The position numbers and the translations under genes are program-made. Positions 8,276-18,071 of a stretch of DNA of 64,000 bases are shown piece after piece. The stretch comes from a virus. Positions within the stretch are counted from its first letter, which is position 1. The number at the start of each line of letters is the position of its first letter. The notes under the pieces are model-generated. The model searched no databases. It was given only the letters and a program-made list of their open reading frames with translations, and had not been told where the DNA came from. The stretch lies in IMG/VR virus record IMGVR_UViG_3300028394_000034. One strand, written 5' to 3'.

Positions 8276-9519
8276 AATTCCCCTTTAATCATTAGATCTT
8301 TTGCTAGATTTATTTCTTGTTTTTGATAAGACATTAGATTTTGCAAAGTATTCTGGTCTACAAGATCAGCCTTTACCCACCAATCTTCAAAAGTACATCC
8401 CTCATTAGGGGCTATATCATTAAACACTAGAGTATATCCTATGCTCTTTAAATATCTTCTACTCTTTTCTCGGTATGATCTACTCATATCTACATAATGA
8501 TCATGCTCATAAGTTATTACCCTAAATTGATATTTATCAAAAGGAATCAATAGCAGAGCCTCAAACGTATTACTAGATGGTTCAATATCTAGTTGCAAGT
8601 AATCAATAGTATTATCTGTAAAGTTTTCAACTAATAGCTTTTCATAGTCTATCTTTAGTGCATTCTCACACAAGACAGTATTCTTTCTTTCTTTTTTATG
8701 CATATCTGCTAGCTCTGGATTCATTTCTAGTCCTATGCCTGTCCATCCAAGATTTTCTAATAGCGCCGTGTTGCTATTGTGATAAGAATGAGCAGAACCT
8801 ATTTCCAGGTATGTTCCATTCTTTTTCCCGTTCAGAGCAGAAAGAACGAACAGATCCTGACAAACCTGAGAAAAATTTTCTTCAATATTCTCACAACCCT
8901 CGAACTTAAACCTAAGATCGTACTTTGATTTTTTATATCGAACAGAACTTTCAGCATCTGACCCAGAACCTAAATTTATAAGATTTTTTTCAATTAGTTT
9001 GAAATAGTAATCATTAAGAACATCACCATACTCATCCTTTAATTGTCTAAAAAGCATCCTCGATTCCTTTGGCTTTCCATACCACCATGAACTTACGGCT
9101 TTTTGAAAAAGAAGCATATATTTCGATTCATAACCCAAGTTCTTTTTAAGGTTTGAAGGCTCACAATCAGAAAGCTCTAATCCTAATGATGAGTATAAAT
9201 AGGAGTCCATCCAATTACTTTTATATTCATAGAATTGACTTAGGAAGAAATAAGCTTCTGGTTTTTGTGGACATAAATGAAGAGCACTTTTTAATAAATT
9301 TTCACATGTATAGTCTCTATTAGATAGGTTTCTATAACAGAGATATAATCTCAATAAGCACTCATATGCTAAAGATTTATCTTCTGTTAGTTCTGAGCAT
9401 CTTAGATAATAGCTACAAGCAGGAGAGGCATGGGACTGTTCATCATACCAGTTAGCTAAATAAAAATTAACCAGAGCATTTTTTGGATCATTAATATAAT
9501 CGATTAGTTCTTTATTCAT
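8272..9519 (-). CDS. TPR-repeat plus FkbM-family methyltransferase fusion
   Basis: N-terminal TPR-like helices (YECLLRLYLCY, PQKPEAYFFLSQFYE); C-terminal SQVCQDLFV..NGTYLEIGS..SNT..LE..GWTGIGLE..IDYLQLDIE..FRVITYEHD..EDWW. Confidence 0.8.
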   Translation of the reverse strand: MNKELIDYINDPKNALVNFYLANWYDEQSHASPACSYYLRCSELTEDKSLAYECLLRLYLCYRNLSNRDYTCENLLKSALHLCPQKPEAYFFLSQFYEYKSNWMDSYLYSSLGLELSDCEPSNLKKNLGYESKYMLLFQKAVSSWWYGKPKESRMLFRQLKDEYGDVLNDYYFKLIEKNLINLGSGSDAESSVRYKKSKYDLRFKFEGCENIEENFSQVCQDLFVLSALNGKKNGTYLEIGSAHSYHNSNTALLENLGWTGIGLEMNPELADMHKKERKNTVLCENALKIDYEKLLVENFTDNTIDYLQLDIEPSSNTFEALLLIPFDKYQFRVITYEHDHYVDMSRSYREKSRRYLKSIGYTLVFNDIAPNEGCTFEDWWVKADLVDQNTLQNLMSYQKQEINLAKDLMIKGEL

Positions 9520-10495
9520 ATATTTTTAAAAATTGTCCTAAGAGATTTTTAGGCATACCCAAGAGATATGCTGCATTATCTTGAAATCCGAAAGTGATCA
9601 ATAATTTATCAGCAACTTCTGCTAATCCACAACAAAACTCAATCTTGGCCCCCATAAACTTAAATGAGTCAGATACCTCAACTAGTTCAAAACTATCATT
9701 CCAGACAACAAATCTATGACTATAATCAGCATTCTTTCTCCCTGCTTCAGAGTTGTACAAGACCACTTCATGAACTATAGCTAAATAATATCCATTTAAA
9801 AATATAACCTGAGATCCTCCACGTAAATCTAAGTTGGTATCCACAGACTTCCTGTCTGTGATCACAATAGTTTTACAGGTCTTATCTTGTGGATTAACCT
9901 CAACCACTTCTGTAGGATTAGTCCATTTAATATAGGTATATGGCTTATTTAATATTGGCATCCAATTTTTTTCGCAATAACTATCGTTATTTCCCGGTGC
10001 TGGTATTCTCAATCTACTTTTTTCTATGGTTTTATCTTTCTTATGTACTATCTCCGATAGTTCCATTCTTCCAACACCATTAGTTGTAGTATCTCTCCTT
10101 ACTCCACTCAAAAATAATTTATTCTCCCATTCAACTAACCTACCATCCTCTAAGCCAACAAATTCCCACATAGGAGTTTCGTCTAAAAAGGAGGTATCAA
10201 TAGTCTGATGAGATACTATATTGTAGTCAGAATCTAATTTACATAAAATATTATTAGTAACTAGTCTTTGATCATTTTCTTTATGTAAATAGCACAAAGG
10301 CCCCCAGCTATGCTCAAATAGTCCATTTTCACTATGATAAAGAACATAGTTTAAATTTCTGATATTTACAAGAATTTCATCATTTCTAGAAACCAAGATG
10401 CTAGGATTGCTTAAAGAGGGGCCAATAGAATCTGGCAGAGGAACAAGTAAAGGATTAACGAATCCTTGATTTTTTAATGATAGTTGACAAAGCAT
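9512..10495 (-). CDS. Predicted glycosidase/phosphorylase, five-bladed beta-propeller (GH43/GH130, COG2152-like)
   Basis: NPSI, GLEDGRL, EKNWMP, LRGGSQ, AIVHE, YSHRFV, IEFCCGL, ITFGFQD motifs. Confidence 0.65.
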   Translation of the reverse strand: MLCQLSLKNQGFVNPLLVPLPDSIGPSLSNPSILVSRNDEILVNIRNLNYVLYHSENGLFEHSWGPLCYLHKENDQRLVTNNILCKLDSDYNIVSHQTIDTSFLDETPMWEFVGLEDGRLVEWENKLFLSGVRRDTTTNGVGRMELSEIVHKKDKTIEKSRLRIPAPGNNDSYCEKNWMPILNKPYTYIKWTNPTEVVEVNPQDKTCKTIVITDRKSVDTNLDLRGGSQVIFLNGYYLAIVHEVVLYNSEAGRKNADYSHRFVVWNDSFELVEVSDSFKFMGAKIEFCCGLAEVADKLLITFGFQDNAAYLLGMPKNLLGQFLKIYE

Positions 10496-10604
10496 ATAGG
10501 TTACTTAAAAGTATTTTTAACATGATCTTTCTTATAGTAGAAAGAAATCAATAAAAAGTCTACCAGATTTTATAAGGAATTCACTATTAGCCAATTAATT
10601 TTAA

Positions 10605-10616
10605 ATAGTACACCAA
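10605..10616 (-). promoter_or_regulatory. Candidate promoter motif TTGGTGTACTAT for the minus-strand glyco-operon
   Basis: Reverse complement of ATAGTACACCAA; identical 12-mer on the plus strand at 53996-54007. Confidence 0.55.
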
Positions 10617-10624
10617 TCATGATC

Positions 10625-10637
10625 AGGTGTATTAAAG
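10625..10637 (+). promoter_or_regulatory. Candidate promoter motif AGGTGTATTAA for the neck/tail operon (back-to-back with 10605-10616)
   Basis: GTGTA begins 44 nt before ATG 10671; forms TACACC-n11-GGTGTA with the divergent copy. Confidence 0.55.
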
Positions 10638-10670
10638 ACTAGAGATTATATTACTTAAAAGGGTCAAACC

Positions 10671-11192
10671 ATGAGTTGGCAAATTGAGATCCCTATTATA
10701 GTCAGATCATTAATAAATGACTTAAGTGATCAACCCACATATAGCGACGAAAGAGTTCAGCAATTAATAGTTGTCGCCGCTCAGTATGTAACAAGAGAAA
10801 TAAATTTGGTCAATACTTACATTATAGATATTGCCAATCCTAATATTTCTCCCGACCCAACAACCATGCAAGCCAAAGATGTTGACTTTATTGGTTTCGT
10901 TGCACTCAAAGCTTCGTGTTTGCTAGACCATAGCTCTTTAAGAACCAAAGCAGCAATGGAAGGCATCAGAGCATCTCTAGGATCTGCCAATTTAAGTGTT
11001 GCTGGAAGCTTAAGAGGTTACGAGACTATTATAAACCAAGGCCCCTGCGCCCTGTATCAAGAACTGAGAAGTCAGTATGAATTTGGTAATGCTAATACTG
11101 TCAGATCTATCCTCAGTCCCTTTGTGGGTAATAAGTTTGATCCAAGATCAATACAAATGAGTCCATACCGAAGTAGAGATCTTTATTCTTAA
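10671..11192 (+). CDS. Putative head-tail adaptor (connector) protein
   Basis: 173 aa, helical N-terminus (VRSLINDL..TYSDERVQQLI..AAQYV); first gene of the block upstream of tail tube. Call is mainly from synteny. Confidence 0.5.
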   Translation: MSWQIEIPIIVRSLINDLSDQPTYSDERVQQLIVVAAQYVTREINLVNTYIIDIANPNISPDPTTMQAKDVDFIGFVALKASCLLDHSSLRTKAAMEGIRASLGSANLSVAGSLRGYETIINQGPCALYQELRSQYEFGNANTVRSILSPFVGNKFDPRSIQMSPYRSRDLYS

Positions 11193-11201
11193 AGGAAATT
11201 T

Positions 11202-12119
11202 ATGCCAGCTATCAATTATAATTTTGTTATCGAACAAGGATCTGCTTTTGAGATTATCTTTCAGTACTATGATAGTAATGGAGCCTCAGTAGATCTAACA
11301 AACTGGTGTGTTTTACTACAATACAGAACAGATGCTAACAATATCCTCTCTTTCTCCAACAAGTACGACGGTTCTGCTTATAGTATGACCACAGATACTT
11401 TGGGACAAATCATACTCAGGATACCTTCAAAAACAACAACAACATATGCTTTTGGTAGTGCTGTCTATGATTTGGATTTACAAGAGCCAAATGAGCAATA
11501 TCCTAATAGTGGATTAAAAACCTACAGGCTAGCTACAGGAACTATTTCTATTGCAAGAAGAAATATTGATCCAGCATTATCTGACTGTGCCAGTACCACG
11601 GCGGGATTTCAAGCTAATGTTTGTAATATTGAATGTGGTAAATTAGATATCTATTCAGCAGTTTATGATGGTGGTTCTTTAACTATTCCAGATATGGGAG
11701 CTGTGAGCGGAAGCATAAGCACAAATGACACTAGACTTATTGAAAATATAGAGCTTGCTATCAACGGACTAAGACACAATAGTCCACAAGATCTTACTCT
11801 TCTTTTAGCTCCTCCTTCTGGCAATAAAATTTTATTATCGTCTCATAATAAGATAAAAAATTATGCTCCTGGTTTTAGCTTTATGTTTTCTAATAAAGCA
11901 GCATCAGGGACTTACATTAATAATATCAATAGTGGAGCATATTGTAATATTTCTAATAAGACTAATACCACTCGATATAATGGAGAAACACTATTAAGTA
12001 GTTTCGATCATCTTTTTAATAATGCTGTTAATGGACAATGGAAGTTTTGCGTTATTGATGATGATATTGGAACATCTGGTACTATTGACTCTTGGAAATT
12101 AATTATCACCTACAAATAA
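11202..12119 (+). CDS. Structural protein: BppU/LtfC-like N-terminal domain plus proprotein-convertase P-domain
   Basis: N-term YNFVIEQGSAF..VDLTNW..AVYDLDL; C-term TIPD...IENIELAINGLRHNSPQDLTLLL.PPSG.KILL...NGQWKFCVIDD..GTSGTIDSWKLII. Confidence 0.65.
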   Translation: MPAINYNFVIEQGSAFEIIFQYYDSNGASVDLTNWCVLLQYRTDANNILSFSNKYDGSAYSMTTDTLGQIILRIPSKTTTTYAFGSAVYDLDLQEPNEQYPNSGLKTYRLATGTISIARRNIDPALSDCASTTAGFQANVCNIECGKLDIYSAVYDGGSLTIPDMGAVSGSISTNDTRLIENIELAINGLRHNSPQDLTLLLAPPSGNKILLSSHNKIKNYAPGFSFMFSNKAASGTYINNINSGAYCNISNKTNTTRYNGETLLSSFDHLFNNAVNGQWKFCVIDDDIGTSGTIDSWKLIITYK

Positions 12120-12316
12120 TGAACATATCACAGATTCTTACAACCAATAATCCGATCTCTATACGAGTTAATAGTCTATATATCAAAGAATATAGTACTA
12201 TAAGAAACCATGTTAAAATTCAACAAAGCAATAGTCCGTATAGAACTCCTTCTAATGAAAAACAAAAAATATCAATAAATGACTCAGCCCCGATCTCTGT
12301 AAAAGTAGGTTCATAA
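12119..12316 (+). CDS. Small hypothetical protein (65 aa)
   Basis: TAATG coupling with both neighbours (12117-12121 and 12314-12318). Confidence 0.55.
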   Translation: MNISQILTTNNPISIRVNSLYIKEYSTIRNHVKIQQSNSPYRTPSNEKQKISINDSAPISVKVGS

Positions 12317-12837
12317 TGAGTAATCTTTTTAGTGGAATAATCTCTTCTGATTTTAAAAAGGTATTTAATGATGCTATTGACAGTCTTTTAGAGCAAAATT
12401 CTCTAACCGTCAAGTGTTCTGTAAAATATAGTAGCACAGAACAGAAGTTATGTAATAATTGTTTATTTGATAGCATTAGTAGACTCTCAGCAAATCTCTA
12501 CAATGGAACAGGACCAGTACGTTTTCCAGATAATACTATTTGTCCAGTATGCGGGGGGATGGGAGTCTCGACAAATGATACTCAAGACATTATATATCTT
12601 GGAGTAATTTTTGATAGTAAGTATTTCTTAAATAATGCTAATGTTAATATTGTAGATGGTATGGTTCAGACTTATTGTAATATTTCATTAATGCCAAAGA
12701 TTCGAGATGCTAATGAAATAGTTTTTGATTCTGCTATTGAAAAATATGGATCTTATGTTTATCAAAGAGCTGGAGATCCTCAACCTTGCGGATTTGGAGA
12801 TAATAGATATATCATTACTCTTTGGAAAAGAAAATGA
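12316..12837 (+). CDS. Putative head-closure (stopper) protein with CxxC...CxxC insert
   Basis: 173 aa, beta-rich C-terminus (YVYQRAGDPQPCGFGDNRYIITLWKR); LCNNC and ICPVCGG; position in neck module. Confidence 0.45.
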   Translation: MSNLFSGIISSDFKKVFNDAIDSLLEQNSLTVKCSVKYSSTEQKLCNNCLFDSISRLSANLYNGTGPVRFPDNTICPVCGGMGVSTNDTQDIIYLGVIFDSKYFLNNANVNIVDGMVQTYCNISLMPKIRDANEIVFDSAIEKYGSYVYQRAGDPQPCGFGDNRYIITLWKRK

Positions 12838-13478
12838 AAATAACAGTTAGCTTATTAGAATCTGATGCTGTTATCAGACAACAAATATTTCAAAGTCTTA
12901 AAAAAGATTTAGATATTGTTATGGCAAAATCTAGACCTGGTATTTTAGATAAAATTAAAATAGCTTTAGCTCAAGCTCTAAAACAAGAACCTGAGTATGA
13001 GTCTTTAGCTCATGGAGATCTTAGACTACAGTTTGGAATACCAGACCCAACTGCTGTAGATCAGGTGGTACAGAAGTTAGCAGAGAGTACTAATATAGAT
13101 ATGATACCGATTGCAATATCTAGTTTAGGACTTAAGGGAGGATTTAAGCTAACTGCTTTGAAGGCTGATGATATGGGAGGAGTAGTATCAGATAATAGCG
13201 CTATAGTAACTGATAATGAAAGAGGATATTCCTTGCCTTGGTTAGAGTGGCTACTATATAAAGGTAATGAAATTATTGTTAGAAAATTCGACGTGGAGCT
13301 TGGACCTAATCCCAATTCTAGAACAGGTATGGCTGTTATGGTTGGGTCTAATAATAACTGGAGAGTTCCACCAGCATTCGTAGGAACCATAACGAATAAC
13401 TGGACAACAAGAGCAATAGACAGGATAGAAAAACAGGTTGGAGATATTATACAAAAAACGATAGAGAATAATATATGA
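12834..13478 (+). CDS. Putative neck / tail-completion protein (HK97 gp10-like position)
   Basis: ATGA overlap with upstream gene; LPWLEWLL, SRTGMAVM, NNWTTRAI; synteny. Confidence 0.4.
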   Translation: MKITVSLLESDAVIRQQIFQSLKKDLDIVMAKSRPGILDKIKIALAQALKQEPEYESLAHGDLRLQFGIPDPTAVDQVVQKLAESTNIDMIPIAISSLGLKGGFKLTALKADDMGGVVSDNSAIVTDNERGYSLPWLEWLLYKGNEIIVRKFDVELGPNPNSRTGMAVMVGSNNNWRVPPAFVGTITNNWTTRAIDRIEKQVGDIIQKTIENNI

Positions 13479-14413
13479 CATCATTCCATAATGTATCAGA
13501 TATAGGACAAAGAAATGTTATTTCTTCATTAGAAGATAATATAAAGAGCTTTTTAGATTGGTCCTTTCTTAATATTGGAGGATTTATCAATGTTAATATT
13601 CCTACTAGTGGTTTTTTAGGTGGTAATTTTCACCAGATGAAAACTGTAGTAGATCCAGCAAAACCAGCAAATAAGGTATGGGAGACACAGAGAAAAGAGT
13701 GGGTTTATGAGAGTGGAGTGGTTCATAACAATTCTTCCCCAGTAAGAATATCGGGAATTTACCTAAATAATACTTTTTTACCAGCACCAACAGGTAGCGG
13801 CAATTATACATATCGCATGAATTATCCTTTGGGTAGAGTAACATTTGATAATCCAGTATCTTCAAATAGTAATGTCTCATTAAATTATTCATATAGATAT
13901 GTTCAAGTATATAAAGCTAATGAATCAGTTTGGTGGAAAGAATTGCAAACAGAAACTTACAATTCGGCTAATTTCAAAACTGATCCTGATCTTAGCATAA
14001 CATCAAATCATAGAATACAATTACCAGCAATCATCATAGAAACCACCCCAAGAACAGTCTTAACCCCATACGAATTAGGAACAACAGAGAATATCATCCA
14101 ACAGGATCTTCTGCTCCATGTTTTTACCGAAAATCCTGTTCATAGAAATTCTATAATAGATACTCTTTTATTACAAAAAGATAAAGTTCTATATCTATAC
14201 AATATAAATAAAGTTATCAAAAATAATGTGAATAGTTTAAACTTTAGCGGAGAACCCAACCCAAATCGGCTAAATTATGATAAGCTATCTACAAATCCTC
14301 TTTATATTCTTAAAAAATGCAATATTAAACAATCATCATTATCAGAACTAAATGCTTTTAGTCATAGTTTGTATAATGGAGTTGTTCGTTGGACTATTGA
14401 AATTTTTCCTTGA
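13475..14413 (+). CDS. Putative tail terminator protein
   Basis: ATGA overlap; IQLPAIIIE..R...PYELG....QDLLLHVF.E...RNSIID pattern; directly upstream of tail tube. Confidence 0.5.
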   Translation: MTSFHNVSDIGQRNVISSLEDNIKSFLDWSFLNIGGFINVNIPTSGFLGGNFHQMKTVVDPAKPANKVWETQRKEWVYESGVVHNNSSPVRISGIYLNNTFLPAPTGSGNYTYRMNYPLGRVTFDNPVSSNSNVSLNYSYRYVQVYKANESVWWKELQTETYNSANFKTDPDLSITSNHRIQLPAIIIETTPRTVLTPYELGTTENIIQQDLLLHVFTENPVHRNSIIDTLLLQKDKVLYLYNINKVIKNNVNSLNFSGEPNPNRLNYDKLSTNPLYILKKCNIKQSSLSELNAFSHSLYNGVVRWTIEIFP

Positions 14414-14425
14414 TCCTTATTAATA

Positions 14426-14436
14426 TTGGTGTATCT
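14426..14436 (+). promoter_or_regulatory. Candidate promoter motif TTGGTGTATC upstream of tail tube
   Basis: Intergenic copy of the GGTGTA motif, 86 nt before ATG 14515. Confidence 0.5.
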
Positions 14437-14514
14437 CTAACTAGATGTTTAAACTCAAAATATAAGGCCATATAACCCACATCTTATTCTCAATTTCATT
14501 AACGGAGAAGAGTC

Positions 14515-15621
14515 ATGCCAGCAAATAATAGAATTTATTACGCCAGTCAAGCAGTTCTTTTACAGCCACAAAATAGCGACGGGTCATCTGTCTATAACGG
14601 ATGGGTCGCTCCACAAGGCTTACAAAGCGTAGGTATGACCACAAATTTCAACTTACAGCAAGTTTTCCAGCTTGGTCAGCTAGAACTTTATGACAATCTA
14701 GAAAATGTTCCAGAAGTTGAAGTTACTCTCAATAAGGTTCTTGATGGAACTCCTCCGCTATATTTAATTTGCATGGGAGGAAGCGGCTCTGTTGCCGGAG
14801 CTAATGCGAAGGATATGGCAGAAATTGTTAATAATCGTGTTAATTTCCGTCTTGGTATCTATGCTGATAGTGTTACAGCAGCAACAGGAAATGCTAGTCA
14901 CTATGTTGATTGTAGTGGTATGTATCTTTCAAGATTTAGCTATACACTACCAGTCGAAGGTAATGCCACAGAAGAAGTTACTCTAGTAGGCAATAATAAA
15001 GTATGGAATACTGGAAGTGTTTTTAGTATGTCAGAATTTAATCCAACAGGAACTAATCCAACAAAATGGAGTAAGGCTCCATCAGTTGTTAAGAGATATA
15101 ATGTTAATATTGCTGGTTCAACTCTACCAACTGGTACTGCTGGTATCCCAATTCCATCTGGTCGTAGTGTTAATAGACCATATGTACAACAGGTGACTAT
15201 TAGTTCTGACCTTGGTCGTGAAGCTATCTATGAACTAGGTCGTATGGCTCCATACTTCCGCTATGTTAACTTCCCAGTACAAGTAACATCAGAATTTTCT
15301 GTTACCGCTAGTGATGGAGATTATGTAAATGCTGATGACTTTGCATCGAAGACTGGTTGTGGTCAGACTTATACAAATCTAACTGACAAGACTATCATTA
15401 TTAATCTATGTGGTACCGGAGTAAATGATTATCTAACACTAGATCTTGGAGGCAAGAATAAGCTAACATCAGTAAACTACAGTGGTGGAGATACTGGCGG
15501 TGGCAATGCCACAATCAGCTATAGCTTCCAAACCTTCAATAAGTTTAAGATGACAGCTAGCGGAACATATTCCGAGACCAAGTGGATTGATAATACTGCT
15601 GATGATAATAACTACTTTTAA
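14515..15621 (+). CDS. Major tail tube protein
   Basis: GGAG RBS; two tube-like halves (GLQSVGMTTNFNLQQVFQLGQLE; VQQVTISSDLGREAIYELG..PYFRYVNFPVQVT); between terminator-like gene and TMP; no sheath gene nearby. Confidence 0.7.
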   Translation: MPANNRIYYASQAVLLQPQNSDGSSVYNGWVAPQGLQSVGMTTNFNLQQVFQLGQLELYDNLENVPEVEVTLNKVLDGTPPLYLICMGGSGSVAGANAKDMAEIVNNRVNFRLGIYADSVTAATGNASHYVDCSGMYLSRFSYTLPVEGNATEEVTLVGNNKVWNTGSVFSMSEFNPTGTNPTKWSKAPSVVKRYNVNIAGSTLPTGTAGIPIPSGRSVNRPYVQQVTISSDLGREAIYELGRMAPYFRYVNFPVQVTSEFSVTASDGDYVNADDFASKTGCGQTYTNLTDKTIIINLCGTGVNDYLTLDLGGKNKLTSVNYSGGDTGGGNATISYSFQTFNKFKMTASGTYSETKWIDNTADDNNYF

Positions 15622-15680
15622 TCAGTAGTTGTCAATTATAATTAAAGACCGAGGAATTTTAATAGATAAAGGAAACAGGA

Positions 15681-15824
15681 ATGGAAGATCTATTCAATAT
15701 GATAGGAAAGCTGTACGTTGATGTATATAATAGTCAAAAGATCATAGAGATGCTACAAAAGCAACTCAAGGAAAAAGACCAGGAACTTGCGGAATTAAAA
15801 ATACCCAAGGCTAAGGATGAATGA
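15681..15824 (+). CDS. Small coiled-coil protein (47 aa), absent from ORF track
   Basis: AAGGA/CAGGA upstream; MEDLFNMIGKLYVDVYNSQKIIEMLQKQLKEKDQELAELKIPKAKDE*; stop overlaps start region of 15817. Confidence 0.65.
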   Translation: MEDLFNMIGKLYVDVYNSQKIIEMLQKQLKEKDQELAELKIPKAKDE

Positions 15825-16857
15825 TGCCGAAAAAGAACTTCTTCTTCATAGGATATTATGTGGTTCTTTACTTTTTTACTTTCGTAATGAAAAGTATGAG
15901 CTAAAAAAGATTACTAATCACATAAGGTATGAAGCAGATTTACTTTATAATAGAATTATGAATGATGAAAAATATGAGGAATGGATAAGAGAAGCTAATA
16001 TGGTTCCTCATATGATTAGTTTAGGACTATGGACAAAAGACTCTGACCAAATGATAACACAGATGGAAAAAAGAATAGACAATCTAAAAGTAGAACTTTT
16101 TCAAAACCTAGTATCTTCTGATAATCAAAAGAAAATCAGAAAAAATCTAACTATCGCCAAAAATGCTCTCAATCGAATTCTTAATGCTAGATCTGAATTC
16201 AGAGTTAATACTCTTGAAGGATATGCTGAATCAATTAAGAATGAATACATAATATGTAAAAGTCTATATAAAAAAGGAATGAGGGTTTTTGATGCTGAAG
16301 ATACATCATCATCTTCCTATACTTATTTTAATGATCTTGTCAATATTATAAATCGTCATATTATAAAGCTAGAAGACTTTAAACTTTTATCAAGAAGTAA
16401 TATTTGGAGAGCTTATTGGAATGCTAATAAAGAACATATATTTCCTGGATCTGTAAGTGAGTGGACCGATGATCAAAGAGGATTGGTTAATATTACAAAA
16501 ATGTATGATAGTGTTTATGAACATCCAGAATGTCCAAATGAAAAAGTTATAGAAGATGACGATATGCTGGACGGATGGATGATACTACAAAAAAGAAAAG
16601 CAGATAAAACAAAAAACCAAAAGAGTATTGATGAAATTAATCCAAATTTGAAAAATGCTCAAGAAGTATTTTTAATGAGCAGAAATACCCAAGATTTTGA
16701 AAGTATTATGGATCTTAATAGTGAAGAATCAAAACGAAGATTACAAGAAAAAATGGCAGTTATTAATCGGTCTGGAGAAGTAGAAGATGCTCAACTGCCG
16801 GATGTTCAAAGAGAACTATTAGCACAATCTAATGAATTATTTAAAAATAGGAAATAA
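15817..16857 (+). CDS. Hypothetical helical protein (tail assembly region)
   Basis: 346-aa ORF with AAGGA RBS; HPECP..VIEDDDMLDGWMI motif resembles chaperone-type C-termini. Confidence 0.6.
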   Translation: MNDAEKELLLHRILCGSLLFYFRNEKYELKKITNHIRYEADLLYNRIMNDEKYEEWIREANMVPHMISLGLWTKDSDQMITQMEKRIDNLKVELFQNLVSSDNQKKIRKNLTIAKNALNRILNARSEFRVNTLEGYAESIKNEYIICKSLYKKGMRVFDAEDTSSSSYTYFNDLVNIINRHIIKLEDFKLLSRSNIWRAYWNANKEHIFPGSVSEWTDDQRGLVNITKMYDSVYEHPECPNEKVIEDDDMLDGWMILQKRKADKTKNQKSIDEINPNLKNAQEVFLMSRNTQDFESIMDLNSEESKRRLQEKMAVINRSGEVEDAQLPDVQRELLAQSNELFKNRK

Positions 16858-16859
16858 CA

Positions 16860-17165
16860 ATGAAAGATAAAGATCAACTAATGTATGATATGGAAAAAAG
16901 ACTAAAGACAACCATGATTGGAGCTATAGCTAAATTTGAAGAATCATTTGGATATTTATGGGAAGAGGAAAGTGATAAAAGATTAATTTATGATAGCTTG
17001 TGGGAACAAACTCGTAATAATATCCTAAATCACGGCAATCACCAAATAAGATTGGCTCTAAAAGAATTAGGAGAAGCTTTATACAACCAACCGGCCTTTA
17101 AAGAAAAATATCACTATAAGTTCTATTTTAACAAGAATGACAGAGGAGACTCATATGAAAACTAA
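16860..17165 (+). CDS. Hypothetical protein (101 aa)
   Basis: Tightly packed ORF; KRLKTTMIGAIAKFEESFGYLW. Confidence 0.65.
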   Translation: MKDKDQLMYDMEKRLKTTMIGAIAKFEESFGYLWEEESDKRLIYDSLWEQTRNNILNHGNHQIRLALKELGEALYNQPAFKEKYHYKFYFNKNDRGDSYEN

Positions 17166-18042
17166 GACATTTACAGCAGAAGTAGGAACAGAGAAGACAG
17201 AGAAGGAATTTTTAGTTCGTTCACCATCATTAACTGATCAAAGAGAAGCCCAGAAGGTTTATAATCAGGCCTTTACAGACGCTATTAAGAGCAAGAGCGT
17301 GGTAAGAGCAAAGCTAGATGATCTTCTTGCAGATCAGGGACTATGGAATGATGAGAAACAGGCTAAGTTCTCTCTTCTGCAAAAAGAACTGCTAGATGGA
17401 GAAAAGCAATTAGCAAAGGGTGGTTTTAGTTTAAATGAGGCCAAAGACCTTGCTATTAAAATGAAAGGTGTACGAGATGAAATCCGAGACCTAATTAGTG
17501 TTCGTACATCATTAGATAATCATAGTGCAGAAGGTCAAGCGGATAATGCTAGATTTAACTATTTAGTCTCAGCTTGCTTGGTGTATAATGATACTAAACA
17601 GCCATACTTTAGTAGTATGGAGGACTACCTTAATAGGGCAACGGAACCGGCAGCAATATTGGGTGCTCAGAATTTGGCTAATATGTTATATGGTTTGGAT
17701 AATGATTACGAAAGTGGATTACCAGAAAACAAATTTTTAAAGAAATATAAGTTTGTTGATGATAAACTAAGGTTGATTGATAAAAAGGGTCGTCTAATTG
17801 ATTCTGAAAATAGACTAGTTGATGATAGTGGTCGTTTTATTGATGAACAAGGTAATTTTGTTGATAAGTACGGCAATAGAGTTGATAAAGAAGGAGATTA
17901 TGTTGTTGAGACTAAACCCTTTTTGGACGATAATGGAAACCCTATTATTCTCGATGAAGAAGCCAATGAAACTAAACAACAGGAACAACCAGCCGAAGCT
18001 CCAGCAGTACCAACACCAGAGCCCAAAGTCTCTGAAGAATAA
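17155..18042 (+). CDS. Putative tail assembly chaperone
   Basis: GAGGAG at 17143-17148 supports ATG 17155; acidic helical protein directly upstream of TMP; internal D.xGRLID/VD repeats. Confidence 0.5.
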   Translation: MKTKTFTAEVGTEKTEKEFLVRSPSLTDQREAQKVYNQAFTDAIKSKSVVRAKLDDLLADQGLWNDEKQAKFSLLQKELLDGEKQLAKGGFSLNEAKDLAIKMKGVRDEIRDLISVRTSLDNHSAEGQADNARFNYLVSACLVYNDTKQPYFSSMEDYLNRATEPAAILGAQNLANMLYGLDNDYESGLPENKFLKKYKFVDDKLRLIDKKGRLIDSENRLVDDSGRFIDEQGNFVDKYGNRVDKEGDYVVETKPFLDDNGNPIILDEEANETKQQEQPAEAPAVPTPEPKVSEE

Positions 18043-18071
18043 TTGGTTTGTTATTTATATCACTCCTAAGA

